Shown: positions 1 through 8,711 of the stretch, in pieces
Layout: each line of letters begins with the position of its first letter
Position numbering within the stretch: the stretch's first letter is position 1
Assembly: GCA_023717525.1 (NCBI GenBank)
Contig: JAMQPK010000194.1
Location: 6,064 to 70,063, forward strand
Direction of reading: 5' to 3'
DNA length: 64,000 bases
Source of the DNA: Vicinamibacterales bacterium
Lineage (GTDB): Bacteria; Acidobacteriota; Vicinamibacteria; Vicinamibacterales; JAMQPK01
Made by a program: the position numbers and the translations under genes
The notes under the pieces: model-generated
Seen by the model: the letters and a program-made list of their open reading frames with translations, nothing else
What the model was told of the DNA's origin: nothing
Database searches by the model: none

Positions 1-1982
1 AACACCGTGTACGCATGACCCCATCGGCCTTCATCGCCTAGCGAGTCCCCATGGTCCGAGGTCAGCACAACGACGCTGTTCTCGTAGAGGCCCTGGTCTT
101 TCAGATACTGGATGAAGAGGCCGAAACAGGCGTCCAGCCGCTTCAGTCTCGCGGCGTAGGGTCGATAGAAGCCGGCGAGGTCGCCCTCCGGATGGTCGTC
201 ACGATCGATCGCGACGTTCGCAAGGTGAATGTCCTGCGGCTGCGTGAAGACGAACGCCGGGCGTCCGTCGCGGATCACATCTGGCAGGGCCCCACGGATT
301 TCCTCCAGCGTACGGCACGTCTCGTACTGGCGATTCTGTATGCCGGCATCGAGCTCGCGGATGTCAGGCAATGGCGTGAGCAGCTGACGAAGGATCGAAT
401 CGACGCTGATCAGCTGGTGATAGCCGCCGGCCGTCAGTAGTTTCTCCAGCGCGTTCATTGGAGCAAACGGGGTGACGTATTCCTTGTGCGGCAGAAGGGC
501 GCCAGACCAGATGGCCGGTTCGGAGAGTCCGGTGCCGCTGTACCGCGTATAGGCCTGCGTGAACGTCAAACTCTCGCGCGCAAACGCATCGATGGCGGGC
601 GTGAAACGCACCGCCGCGTTATACGGCGACAGGTAGTCGCGCCTGAGGCTGTCGATCACAAAGATAAAGACATGCGGCCGGCGACCCTGCAAAGGCTCCA
701 GAGGTACGACGAAGTCGACCGACGCTGGATGCGCGTTGACGATGTTGGAGTTGGCGACGAGGAAACTGGTGAGATCGGCAAGTTCAGTGGACGCCGGCGT
801 CAGCGTCCTTTCGAGCAGCATCAGCGATGGGTCGTAGGCGGCATAGCGGTCGACGGCCAGCGTGACGCGCGGCAGCGGAAGTGCACCGGCCGCGAGCACG
901 CGAACGGACACGATCAGCACCGACAGGCCGAGCGCGGCGGCAATAAAGGGGTCAGACCCCCTTGTGTGCCGAGGGGGTCTGACCCCTGCAAGGCTCGCGA
1001 ACGCGGCTATCCAGAAGGCAAAAGCGATCATCGTCTGGATGAGGAAGTACCAGTCCACCTTCTCAACGACGTGAATGGACGCGAGTGCGACGATCGGAAG
1101 CAACGTCAACGCTGTCAGGCGGGGCCAGGACCGGTCCACCTGCGTCGCTGGTGCGTCAGCCGCGCAGCGAAGGGAAAGCCCAGACCAGACAACGATGGCC
1201 GCTGCCATCACGACAGCCGCCAGAACTGCGCTCTCACCGCCGCGGAACGCGATCGCAGGGAAGACAATGCGTACGAGTACCAGCCAACCGGCGCCGCCGA
1301 CGCACGCGGCGATCAGCCAGTGCCGGAGCCTGGCGGACGGCGCCAGGGCGGAGATGGCACCGAGCGCGGCAAAGAGTACAGTTGCCACGGCAAGGTGCAG
1401 CGACAGGCTCCAGCCTACCGCCAGGGCGTAGTCGGTCGCACTGACTCGACTATCCGCCGCGCTGTAGATTCGGTACGCCGAGAGAACGGTGAAGACGACC
1501 CATACGTAGCAGGCGGTCGCCGCACACATACGGAGAAGCAGACGTCGCAGCAGATTGGGAGGGTGGGTGAATCGCTCCCAGGGAACTCTGCCGCGGGCAG
1601 CCAGGTGGTCGAGCATGGCAAAGGCGACAGGGATCGCAAGCGCCGCCACACCAACGACCAGACTGTGACGGCTGTTCACCAGCGTCGGGAGCACCGGATG
1701 AAGTGCGAGCCAGACGCCGATAGATCCACATGCGAAGACAATGGCCCATGCCGCGCGGCGCCCGGCCGCCAGGTCGTCGGCGACTGAAAGCGTGCCCAGG
1801 AGCAGCGCCGCCCAGTACAAGAAGTGATGGAAAAGGACGAAAAACTCCAGCCAGGCAAAAAGCTGGTGTCTAAGAAACTGAAGATAGGCAAAGGGGACGT
1901 AGCTCAGGACGCCGAAACAGGCGGTCAGTAGAAAGAAGACCAGGAAGGGGAGGCGGAGGCCGACCCGCAGGCGTGGAGTCAT
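1..1982 (-). CDS. membrane-anchored sulfatase-like hydrolase/transferase (alkaline-phosphatase superfamily, LTA-synthase/PEA-transferase-like); 3' end outside window
   Basis: Absent from the ORF track because it has no stop in the window. Hand translation of the minus strand from ATG at 1982 gives MTPRLRVGLRLPFLVFFLLTACFGVLSYVPF... About 330 aa are multi-TM, followed by ...VFIFVIDSLRRDYLSPYN... and ...VVLTSDHGDSLGDEGRWGHA, typical sulfatase-fold motifs. Confidence 0.7.
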   Translation of the reverse strand, partial: MTPRLRVGLRLPFLVFFLLTACFGVLSYVPFAYLQFLRHQLFAWLEFFVLFHHFLYWAALLLGTLSVADDLAAGRRAAWAIVFACGSIGVWLALHPVLPTLVNSRHSLVVGVAALAIPVAFAMLDHLAARGRVPWERFTHPPNLLRRLLLRMCAATACYVWVVFTVLSAYRIYSAADSRVSATDYALAVGWSLSLHLAVATVLFAALGAISALAPSARLRHWLIAACVGGAGWLVLVRIVFPAIAFRGGESAVLAAVVMAAAIVVWSGLSLRCAADAPATQVDRSWPRLTALTLLPIVALASIHVVEKVDWYFLIQTMIAFAFWIAAFASLAGVRPPRHTRGSDPFIAAALGLSVLIVSVRVLAAGALPLPRVTLAVDRYAAYDPSLMLLERTLTPASTELADLTSFLVANSNIVNAHPASVDFVVPLEPLQGRRPHVFIFVIDSLRRDYLSPYNAAVRFTPAIDAFARESLTFTQAYTRYSGTGLSEPAIWSGALLPHKEYVTPFAPMNALEKLLTAGGYHQLISVDSILRQLLTPLPDIRELDAGIQNRQYETCRTLEEIRGALPDVIRDGRPAFVFTQPQDIHLANVAIDRDDHPEGDLAGFYRPYAARLKRLDACFGLFIQYLKDQGLYENSVVVLTSDHGDSLGDEGRWGHAYTV

Positions 1983-2023
1983 CGGTCTATCGGGTTATCG
2001 GCCGACCGGAGGCCCAGGTCAAA

Positions 2024-2064
2024 GTGACAACTATTGACAGCCGTGGGGTGACAACTATTGTCAC
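2024..2064. promoter_or_regulatory. candidate upstream activator sites: two 13-nt GTGACAACTATTG boxes 24 bp apart; the second completes the dyad GTGACA-N5-TGTCAC
   Basis: Direct reading of 2024-2036 and 2048-2064. The boxes lie about 100-140 bp upstream of the -24/-12 candidate, with an AT-rich stretch (about 2095-2150) between them. This is the classic enhancer-dependent promoter layout. Confidence 0.4.
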
Positions 2065-2161
2065 ATCCCAGGGTTTCAGCCCCGCTCAGTGGTGGCAGTA
2101 TATCCATGTAAGATACTGATATATAAGGAGATATATCCTGTATTCTCGCTATTGCAGTTTC

Positions 2162-2177
2162 CGGCATGACGGTTGCT
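2162..2177 (+). promoter_or_regulatory. candidate sigma-54 (-24/-12) promoter for the pilin genes
   Basis: cGGCAtG-ACGG-TTGCt matches TGGCACG-N4-TTGCW with the correct GG-to-GC spacing. It sits about 77 nt upstream of the pilin ATG. A sigma-54 activator and a sensor kinase are encoded in the same locus. Confidence 0.5.
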
Positions 2178-2253
2178 CTTCTACCGGTGTCACGACGGCA
2201 ATGCTTGGCCGTCGATTTATTTCACGGCTAAGCGCCGTTTCCAAGGAGAGAGT

Positions 2254-2787
2254 ATGAGAATTCGTAGCAACAAGGGTTTCACGCTGATCGAGCTCCTAAT
2301 TGTCGTCGCGATCATCGGCATCATCGCTGCCATCGCCGTTCCCGGCCTGCTGCGTGCCCGTATGGCGGGTAACGAGGCTTCGGCTATCGGTTCACTGCGC
2401 GCTGTCAACAGCGCGAACATCAACTACATGACGAACTGCGCGAATGGCTCGGGCTATGCGACATCGCTTACCGAGCTTGGTACGCCTCCGACGACCGGTG
2501 GTCAGCCGTTCATCAGCCCGGACCTGGGCGTCGCGAGCCCGGTGACCAAGAGCGGGTATTCGATCTCCTACGCGGGAGCGGGCAACGTGGCGACGGCGGC
2601 CTGCACGGGTTCGGCTGCGGCGAACGCGACGTACTTTGCGGCTGCGGCTCCCGTGGCGCCTGGCACGTCCGGCACGCGTTACTTCGGCTCGAGCGAAGCG
2701 CAGACGATCTTCCAGCACACGGCGGCGATCACGGCGATCAACTCGTCGGGCACCCCGACGCCGAACACGGCGGTCGCGATCAAGTAA
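2254..2787 (+). CDS. pilA: type IVa pilin-like protein (PilA family), paralog 1
   Basis: Internal ATG at 2254 is preceded by AAGGAGAG. The short leader MRIRSNKG is followed by the class III signal FTLIELLIVVAIIGIIAAIAVPG (G-1, F+1, E+5). Length 177 aa, with two Cys in the C-terminal half. Confidence 0.85.
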   Translation: MRIRSNKGFTLIELLIVVAIIGIIAAIAVPGLLRARMAGNEASAIGSLRAVNSANINYMTNCANGSGYATSLTELGTPPTTGGQPFISPDLGVASPVTKSGYSISYAGAGNVATAACTGSAAANATYFAAAAPVAPGTSGTRYFGSSEAQTIFQHTAAITAINSSGTPTPNTAVAIK

Positions 2788-2800
2788 GGACACATTAGCC

Positions 2801-2835
2801 GGGGAGACCCGCGAGCGGGTCTCCCCCGATTTTCT
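2801..2835 (+). terminator. hairpin GGGGAGACCC-gcgagc-GGGTCTCCCC with a weak T-run (attenuator or weak terminator)
   Basis: Perfect 10-bp GC-rich stem at 2801-2826, followed by cgattttct. Confidence 0.5.
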
Positions 2836-2857
2836 GGCATTCAACTACTAGGGAGAG

Positions 2858-3391
2858 ATGGACATGAAGAATAACAAGGGTTTCACGCTGATCGAGCTCC
2901 TGATTGTCGTCGCGATTATCGGCATCATCGCCGCCATCGCGGTTCCCGGCTTGCTGCGCGCCCGCATGGCGGGTAACGAAGCCTCGGCGATCGGGTCACT
3001 GCGCGCTGTCAACAGTGCGAACATCAACTACATGACGAACTGCGCCAACGGTTCAGGCTACGCGACTTCGCTTGCGGAGTTGGGCACGCCTCCGACCACC
3101 GGTGGTCAGCCGTTCATCAGCCCCGACCTGGGCGTCGCGAGCCCGGTCACCAAGAGCGGCTATTCGATCGACTACACGGGCGCGGGTAACGTGGCAACGG
3201 CGGCCTGCACGGGATCGGCCGCGGCGAACGCCACGTATTTCTCAGCGGCGGCTCCTGTGGCGCCGGGCACGTCTGGCACGCGCTACTTCGGCACGAGCGA
3301 AGCGCAGACGATCTTCCAGCACACGGCGGCGATCACGGCGATCAACTCGTCGGGCACCCCGACGCCGAACACCGCGGTCGCCATCAAGTAG
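2858..3391 (+). CDS. pilA: type IVa pilin-like protein (PilA family), paralog 2
   Basis: MDMKNNKG/FTLIELLIVVAIIGIIAAIAVPG, with GGGAGAG upstream. The mature part differs from paralog 1 at about 5 residues. Confidence 0.85.
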   Translation: MDMKNNKGFTLIELLIVVAIIGIIAAIAVPGLLRARMAGNEASAIGSLRAVNSANINYMTNCANGSGYATSLAELGTPPTTGGQPFISPDLGVASPVTKSGYSIDYTGAGNVATAACTGSAAANATYFSAAAPVAPGTSGTRYFGTSEAQTIFQHTAAITAINSSGTPTPNTAVAIK

Positions 3392-3414
3392 CACGTAACC
3401 TCGGATTTCGAGAA

Positions 3415-3452
3415 GGGGAGACTCGTGACAACGCGGGTCTCCCCCTTTTTTT
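3415..3452 (+). terminator. rho-independent terminator
   Basis: GGGGAGAC...GTCTCCCC stem followed by CTTTTTTT. It uses the same stem sequence as the hairpin after paralog 1. Confidence 0.75.
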
Positions 3453-3469
3453 AGGACGGACGGAAATCT

Positions 3470-4003
3470 ATGAGAGCCAAGGCTCAGGCCGGCTTCACAC
3501 TGATCGAGCTGCTTATCGTCGTCGCGATCATCGGGATCATCGCGGCGATTGCGGTTCCCGGTCTGCTTCGCGCTCGTATGGCGGGCAACGAAGCTTCGGC
3601 GATAGGGTCGCTGCGGGCCATCAACAGCGCGAACATCAACTACCAGACCAACTGCGCCGCTGGGTCGGGTTACGCCAGCAGCCTCGTTGAGCTTGGCTCG
3701 ACGCCAACTGCAGGCGGGCAGCCATTCATCAGCCCGGATCTTGGCGTGGCCTCTCCGATCGTGAAGAGCGGCTATACGCTCGCATACTCCGTCGCCAGCA
3801 ACATCAATAGCGCCACTTGCACGGGTGCCGGCACAGTGCAGGCCAACTATCTGGCATCGGCAGCGCCGATCTCGGCGGGCACGACGGGCACGCGGTACTT
3901 CGCCACGAGCGAATCGCAGACGATTTTCCAGCACACGGCCGCCGTCACCTCGATTAACACGTCGGGCACGCCGACACCCAACACGGCTGTCGCTATCAAG
4001 TAA
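3470..4003 (+). CDS. pilA: type IVa pilin-like protein (PilA family), paralog 3 (diverged C-terminal half)
   Basis: MRAKAQAG/FTLIELLIVVAIIGIIAAIAVPG. The N-terminal 60 aa are near-identical to paralogs 1 and 2, and the globular part is diverged. Confidence 0.85.
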   Translation: MRAKAQAGFTLIELLIVVAIIGIIAAIAVPGLLRARMAGNEASAIGSLRAINSANINYQTNCAAGSGYASSLVELGSTPTAGGQPFISPDLGVASPIVKSGYTLAYSVASNINSATCTGAGTVQANYLASAAPISAGTTGTRYFATSESQTIFQHTAAVTSINTSGTPTPNTAVAIK

Positions 4004-4038
4004 GAGCCGACGATAGCCGATAATACGTCGCGGCAGCC

Positions 4039-4977
4039 ATGCTCGCGATTCAGACCACCGATCTCTCCAAAGACTTCCCAGTCGGGTTCTGGCGTCCCCG
4101 CCCCTATCGTGCGCTCGACAAGCTGACGCTCGAGGTGGAGCAAGGGGAAACATTCGGCTTTCTTGGGCCGAACGGCGCCGGCAAAACGACGACGCTGAAG
4201 CTGCTGATGCAGCTGTTGTATCCGACGTCGGGCCGGGCCGAGATACTTGGGCGTCCGGTGGGCGATGTCGGGGTGAAACGGCGCATCGGCTACCTTCCCG
4301 AGAGCCCCTATTTTTATGACTACCTGACGGCAGAGGAGCTCCTGTCCTATTTTGCCAGCCTGGTGGGGTATGGCGCGGCCGAGCGCCGGCGGCGTGTGTC
4401 GGCGCTTCTCGATGAAGTCGGCATTGGCAGCGAGCGCCGGCTGCAGTTGCGCAAGTTTTCGAAAGGGATGCTCCAGCGTGTGGGAATCGCGCAGGCGATT
4501 CTGAATGATCCGGAAGTGGTCTTCCTCGACGAGCCGATGTCCGGGCTCGATCCCCTCGGGCGCCGCGAAGTGCGGAATCTGATTCTGTCGTTGCGCGATC
4601 GCGGCTGCACCGTCTTCTTCAGCTCACACGTGCTGGCCGACGCCGAAGCGCTGTGCAGCCGGGTGGCGATTCTTGCATCGGGCCGGCTTATCGCCAGCGG
4701 AAAGATTACCGACATCCACGCGTTTCAGGTGCGGGGATGGGAGCTGATTGTGGCTCATCTTTCGGGCGAGTCCCTCGAACGGCATCGGGCGCGCATGCGC
4801 AAGGTGACGGCGATTGCCGACCGCCAGTACGCGCTGGAGCTGCCCCTCGAGCCTGGTCCCGATGGGCTGCTGCGCGATCTCATCGGCGAGGGGGCCCATC
4901 TGGTTTCTTTGAATCCGACGCGCGAGTCGCTCGAAGATTTCTTCATCCAGCAAGTCGGCCAGCAGGAGCCGCGCTAG
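4039..4977 (+). CDS. ABC transporter ATP-binding protein (ABC-2 type; PilH-like by context)
   Basis: Walker [10 protein letters not shown], signature-like FSKGMLQR and Walker B VVFLDEP. The gene lies directly downstream of the pilins. Confidence 0.9.
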   Translation: MLAIQTTDLSKDFPVGFWRPRPYRALDKLTLEVEQGETFGFLGPNGAGKTTTLKLLMQLLYPTSGRAEILGRPVGDVGVKRRIGYLPESPYFYDYLTAEELLSYFASLVGYGAAERRRRVSALLDEVGIGSERRLQLRKFSKGMLQRVGIAQAILNDPEVVFLDEPMSGLDPLGRREVRNLILSLRDRGCTVFFSSHVLADAEALCSRVAILASGRLIASGKITDIHAFQVRGWELIVAHLSGESLERHRARMRKVTAIADRQYALELPLEPGPDGLLRDLIGEGAHLVSLNPTRESLEDFFIQQVGQQEPR

Positions 4978-4978
4978 C

Positions 4979-5785
4979 ATGCGCGTCATTCGACACATCG
5001 CGGTCAACGTGTTCAAGGAATCCGTACGGGACAAGGTTCTCTACAACCTTGTCCTCTTCGCAATCCTCCTGATGGCCGCGTCGTACCTGTTGAGCCAGCT
5101 GACCGCGGGGCAGGACATCAAGATCATCAAGGATCTCGGCCTGGCGGCGATGCAGCTCTTCGGCCTGTTCATGGCTGTGTTCATCGGCATCGGCCTGGTG
5201 TCGAAGGAAGTGGAGCGCCGCAGCATCTACAGCCTGCTGTCGAAACCGATCAGGCGCCAGGAATTCGTCATCGGAAAGTATGTGGGCCTCGTCCTCACGC
5301 TTGCGGTGAATCTCGCCATTATGACCGTCGCTTACTACGCGGTGCTCGGGTACATGGCGTGGATGGCAGGAAGCTGGTTCAAGCCCGGCTGGGAAGCGCC
5401 GGCGATGGACCCGGCACTGTTGAAGGCCGTTGCGATGATCATGCTGCAGCTGATGGTCATCACCGCCGTGGCGCTGTTTTTCTCGACATTCTCGAGCCCG
5501 ATGTTGTCCGCAGGACTCACGTTCGGCTTCTATATCGTCGGGCACTTCAACGCCGACCTGAAGCACTTCGAAGCGATCATCGACTCTCGCCCGGTCGTCT
5601 ATCTCGCGCGAGCCCTTTACTACCTGCTGCCGAACCTGGCGCCGCTCGATGTGAAGGCGCAAGTCGTCCATGCGCTGCCCGTGCCGGCAGCGTATCTCCT
5701 GCTCAACACCGCGTACGCGTTTGTCTACATCGCCGCGCTGTTGACGGCATCGAGCTTCATCTTCCTGCGCCGGGACTTCAAGTGA
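4979..5785 (+). CDS. ABC-2 family transporter permease (PilI-like by context)
   Basis: Polytopic hydrophobic 268-aa protein. It starts 2 nt after the ATPase stop. Confidence 0.75.
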   Translation: MRVIRHIAVNVFKESVRDKVLYNLVLFAILLMAASYLLSQLTAGQDIKIIKDLGLAAMQLFGLFMAVFIGIGLVSKEVERRSIYSLLSKPIRRQEFVIGKYVGLVLTLAVNLAIMTVAYYAVLGYMAWMAGSWFKPGWEAPAMDPALLKAVAMIMLQLMVITAVALFFSTFSSPMLSAGLTFGFYIVGHFNADLKHFEAIIDSRPVVYLARALYYLLPNLAPLDVKAQVVHALPVPAAYLLLNTAYAFVYIAALLTASSFIFLRRDFK

Positions 5786-6675
5786 TGCGACCGGGCCGGC
5801 CATGGGTTTACGGCGCTGCCATCACGCTGCTGATGGTTGTGGCGGTCGGCGTGCAGGTTGTGCGCGGGCGGACGTATGGGGACACGGCCCTCGACGATCG
5901 ACTGTTGTATCTGCGCTCGGGCACTGTCGCCGCGAAAGCCGCGCTGTCGTTCGACACGCTGCTCGCCGACGTCTACTGGATTCGGGCCTTGCAGCACTTC
6001 GGCAACGACCGGCTGCGGCCGAACATTCCTGGCAGGTTCGAGCTCCTCTATCCGCTGCTCGATCTCACGACGACCCTTGACCCCGACTTCGTGGTGGCGT
6101 ACCGCTTCGGCGCGATCTTTCTCTCGGAGCCCGATCCCGGCGGAGCCAGCCGCCCCGATCTCGCTATCGCGCTCCTGAAGAAAGGCGTGCGCACGACCAA
6201 CAGGTGGGAGTACTACTACGACATCGGGTTCGTGTATTACTGGAACCTGCATGATTACACGAACGCGGCCGACTGGTTCCGTCGCGGCGGCGATCTTCCT
6301 GGCGCGCCGTGGTGGCTCCGTACGTATGCGGCGGTGATGCTCACGAAAGGCGGCGACCGGCAGGCCTCGCGGTTCCTCTGGCAGGAGGTGCTGCAGCGAC
6401 CGGACACGAACGAATGGCTGCGGAATACGGCTCAAATGCGACTGCTGCAGCTCGACGCGCTCGATCAGATCGACATCCTCCGCCGTGCGGTCTCCGAGTT
6501 TCAGCGCCGAACGGGGAAACTTCCAGAACGCTGGCGGCAGCTTGTCGCGGCCGGCCTGCTGCGCGGAGAACCAGTTGACCCATCCGGCACGCCTTACACC
6601 CTCAATTTCGCGACCGGTGAAGTGAATGTGTCGGGCTACTCGCCGCTGCATCCGCTGCCAACCGAACCCCGCTGA
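5785..6675 (+). CDS. membrane-anchored helical-repeat (TPR-like) protein, function unknown
   Basis: In-frame ATG at 5785 overlaps the permease stop (TGATG). N-terminal TM segment VYGAAITLLMVVAVGVQVV, then W/Y-rich helical repeats. The track ORF from 5359 is an upstream extension lying inside the permease gene. Confidence 0.5.
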   Translation: MRPGRPWVYGAAITLLMVVAVGVQVVRGRTYGDTALDDRLLYLRSGTVAAKAALSFDTLLADVYWIRALQHFGNDRLRPNIPGRFELLYPLLDLTTTLDPDFVVAYRFGAIFLSEPDPGGASRPDLAIALLKKGVRTTNRWEYYYDIGFVYYWNLHDYTNAADWFRRGGDLPGAPWWLRTYAAVMLTKGGDRQASRFLWQEVLQRPDTNEWLRNTAQMRLLQLDALDQIDILRRAVSEFQRRTGKLPERWRQLVAAGLLRGEPVDPSGTPYTLNFATGEVNVSGYSPLHPLPTEPR

Positions 6676-7439
6676 TGTCCTGGATGCCCGTGGTGTTCGT
6701 CGCTCTTTTCGGCCTGATCATCGGCAGCTTTTTGAACGTCTGCTGCTATCGCCTTCCCCTGGGCCAATCGCTCGTGTGGCCCTCATCGCGATGTCCGAAC
6801 TGCCAGACTCCGCTGAAGGCCTACGACAACATCCCCATCATCGGCTACTTGCTGTTGAAAGGGCGATGCCGTTCCTGCGGCATGCCGATTTCTGTGCAGT
6901 ACCCCATTGTCGAGATCGTGACTGGCGCCGTATTTCTCGGTTCCTACTTGATCTTCCCGACACCTCTTTTGTACCAACGCCTGCTGTTCAGCTGTGCCAT
7001 GATCGTGCTCTTCGTCATCGATCTCGAGCACCGAATCCTTCCGAATGTCATTACCCTGCCTGGGATCGCCGCCGGCTTTCTGTTCAGCTTCTTCATGCCG
7101 CCGGGATGGGTCGATTCCCTGATCGGTCTCCTGATTGGCGGCGGATCGCTGTGGCTGCTGAGCGAAGCCTATTTCCGGTTGCGTCACGAAGAGGGCATGG
7201 GTTTCGGCGACGTGAAAATGCTGGCAATGATCGGCGCATTTCTCGGGTGGAAGCTGATGCTCCTTACCCTGGTGCTCTCGTCGTTCCTGGGTTCGGCCGT
7301 AGGCCTCGCGGTGATTCTGTCGAACCGGGGAGGGCTGAAGTACGCACTGCCGTTCGGCACCTTTCTGGCGATCGCGGCCGTGGCGGCAGGCGCCGTGGGT
7401 GATCAGATTGTGACGTGGTACGCGGGCTTTTACCGCTGA
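6675..7439 (+). CDS. pilD: prepilin peptidase / N-methyltransferase (A24 family)
   Basis: CPNCQTPL...GRCRSCG zinc-finger pair, then polytopic sequence with GFGDVKMLAMIGAFLGW (active-site Asp region). ATGA overlap with the upstream gene. Confidence 0.9.
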   Translation: MSWMPVVFVALFGLIIGSFLNVCCYRLPLGQSLVWPSSRCPNCQTPLKAYDNIPIIGYLLLKGRCRSCGMPISVQYPIVEIVTGAVFLGSYLIFPTPLLYQRLLFSCAMIVLFVIDLEHRILPNVITLPGIAAGFLFSFFMPPGWVDSLIGLLIGGGSLWLLSEAYFRLRHEEGMGFGDVKMLAMIGAFLGWKLMLLTLVLSSFLGSAVGLAVILSNRGGLKYALPFGTFLAIAAVAAGAVGDQIVTWYAGFYR

Positions 7440-8701
7440 TGACGCCCAACGCGTACGCGCTCATCGGGTTGATGTCGATCGTTGCGGCCCTGATCGGCGT
7501 GCTGATGTTTGCCGTGCTGAGATTTGCGTCGGCTGCGCGCGAGTCGAGGCGCTATCTTTCGGAGAATCGGTCCGAGACGGCATTCGTCACGGGTGCGCTG
7601 CACGACGCTGTCACCAAACTGAAAGTGCAGGAGCGCGAGATGCTGGCTCGTGCCGAAGCGTCCGAGCGCTTGAGCGAAGAGATTGTCGAGAGCCTCACGT
7701 CGGGCCTGCTCGTCGCAGGCAGCGACCGGCGCGTCCGCATCCTGAACCCTGCGGGCCGGAGGATGCTGAACCTTCCCGAGGGGGCGGTCGGTCAGGACTA
7801 CCGTGAATTGCTCGGCGATGCGGCCCCCCTCGAAGAGGCGATAGAGGAGTGTCTGAGCACCGGCCGGGCCATCAAGCGGCGGAAACTCGACATCGGCCTC
7901 AGCGAGCATTCGCCCGCCTACCTTGGTGTCAGCGTGTCACCGCTATCGACCCGGCAGGGCGAGCCGCACGGCGTCATCTGCCTGTTTACCGACCTTACGC
8001 CTTTCATCGAGATGGAAGAGCAGCTGCGTTTGAAGGAAAGCCTGGCGCAGGTCGGCGAGCTAACGGCCGGCATCGCACACGAGTTTCGCAACGGGCTCGC
8101 GACCATTCACGGATACGCGCGCCTGGTCGATCTCAAATTGCTGCCGGACGCGTTCCGCCCGCATGTCGAAGGCATTCGCCAGGAGACCGATGCTCTTGGC
8201 GAGGTCGTCACGAACTTCCTGAATTTTGCGCGGCCGGCTCAGGTCACGTTTTCTCGCGTCGATCTCCGGGCAATTGCCGAGCGGGCTGCGGACGAAGTGC
8301 GGAACGAAGCGCGGTCGCACGGCGGCTCCGTGACGTTCCGCGGCGAGTTTCCTGTGATTGATGGTGACGATGTGCTGCTGCGTCAGGCGTTCAGCAATCT
8401 GGTGCGCAACGCCGTTGAGGCCTGCGTGGCTGCCTCGGTCCCGCCTCAGATCCTGATAGACGGCCGCGTCGAAGGCGGCAACGTCCGCGTGTCGGTCGAC
8501 GATAACGGGCCGGGGATCGCGGCTGCGGCCCGCGAGCGGGTCTTTACGCCATTCTTCACGACGAAGGGGCGCGGGACCGGCCTTGGGCTGGCGCTCGTCC
8601 AGAAGATCATCGTCACGCACAACGGCCGCATTCAAGTGGGGAGCTCACCTCAGGGCGGCGCCAGCCTTCAAGTCGTTCTTCCTCTTCCGGCGTCGCCCTG
8701 A
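7439..8701 (+). CDS. sensor histidine kinase (NtrB/PilS-like)
   Basis: N-terminal TM and a PAS-like region. H-box AHEFRNGLATIHGYARL, N-box NLVRNAVEA, DDNGPGI and GTGLGLALV. The start is taken at the ATG that overlaps the pilD stop. Confidence 0.85.
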   Translation: MTPNAYALIGLMSIVAALIGVLMFAVLRFASAARESRRYLSENRSETAFVTGALHDAVTKLKVQEREMLARAEASERLSEEIVESLTSGLLVAGSDRRVRILNPAGRRMLNLPEGAVGQDYRELLGDAAPLEEAIEECLSTGRAIKRRKLDIGLSEHSPAYLGVSVSPLSTRQGEPHGVICLFTDLTPFIEMEEQLRLKESLAQVGELTAGIAHEFRNGLATIHGYARLVDLKLLPDAFRPHVEGIRQETDALGEVVTNFLNFARPAQVTFSRVDLRAIAERAADEVRNEARSHGGSVTFRGEFPVIDGDDVLLRQAFSNLVRNAVEACVAASVPPQILIDGRVEGGNVRVSVDDNGPGIAAAARERVFTPFFTTKGRGTGLGLALVQKIIVTHNGRIQVGSSPQGGASLQVVLPLPASP

Positions 8702-8711
8702 GTCTGAATTC

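Noticed and set aside
486-1787. 433-aa plus-strand ORF, plus nested ORFs at 862-1444
   Set aside because: Extremely Arg/Gly/Pro-rich with no motifs. It lies antisense to a coherent sulfatase-like gene whose translation has TM helices and catalytic motifs. This is a typical high-GC antisense ORF.
2827-2857. TGGCATTCAACTACT upstream of pilin 2 as a second sigma-54 promoter
   Set aside because: It has the GG element but no GC at the -12 position.
5359-5784. N-terminal 142 codons of the track ORF 5359-6675
   Set aside because: This part lies in an alternative frame inside the ABC-2 permease gene. The in-frame ATG at 5785 overlaps the permease stop and is followed by a plausible TM anchor.
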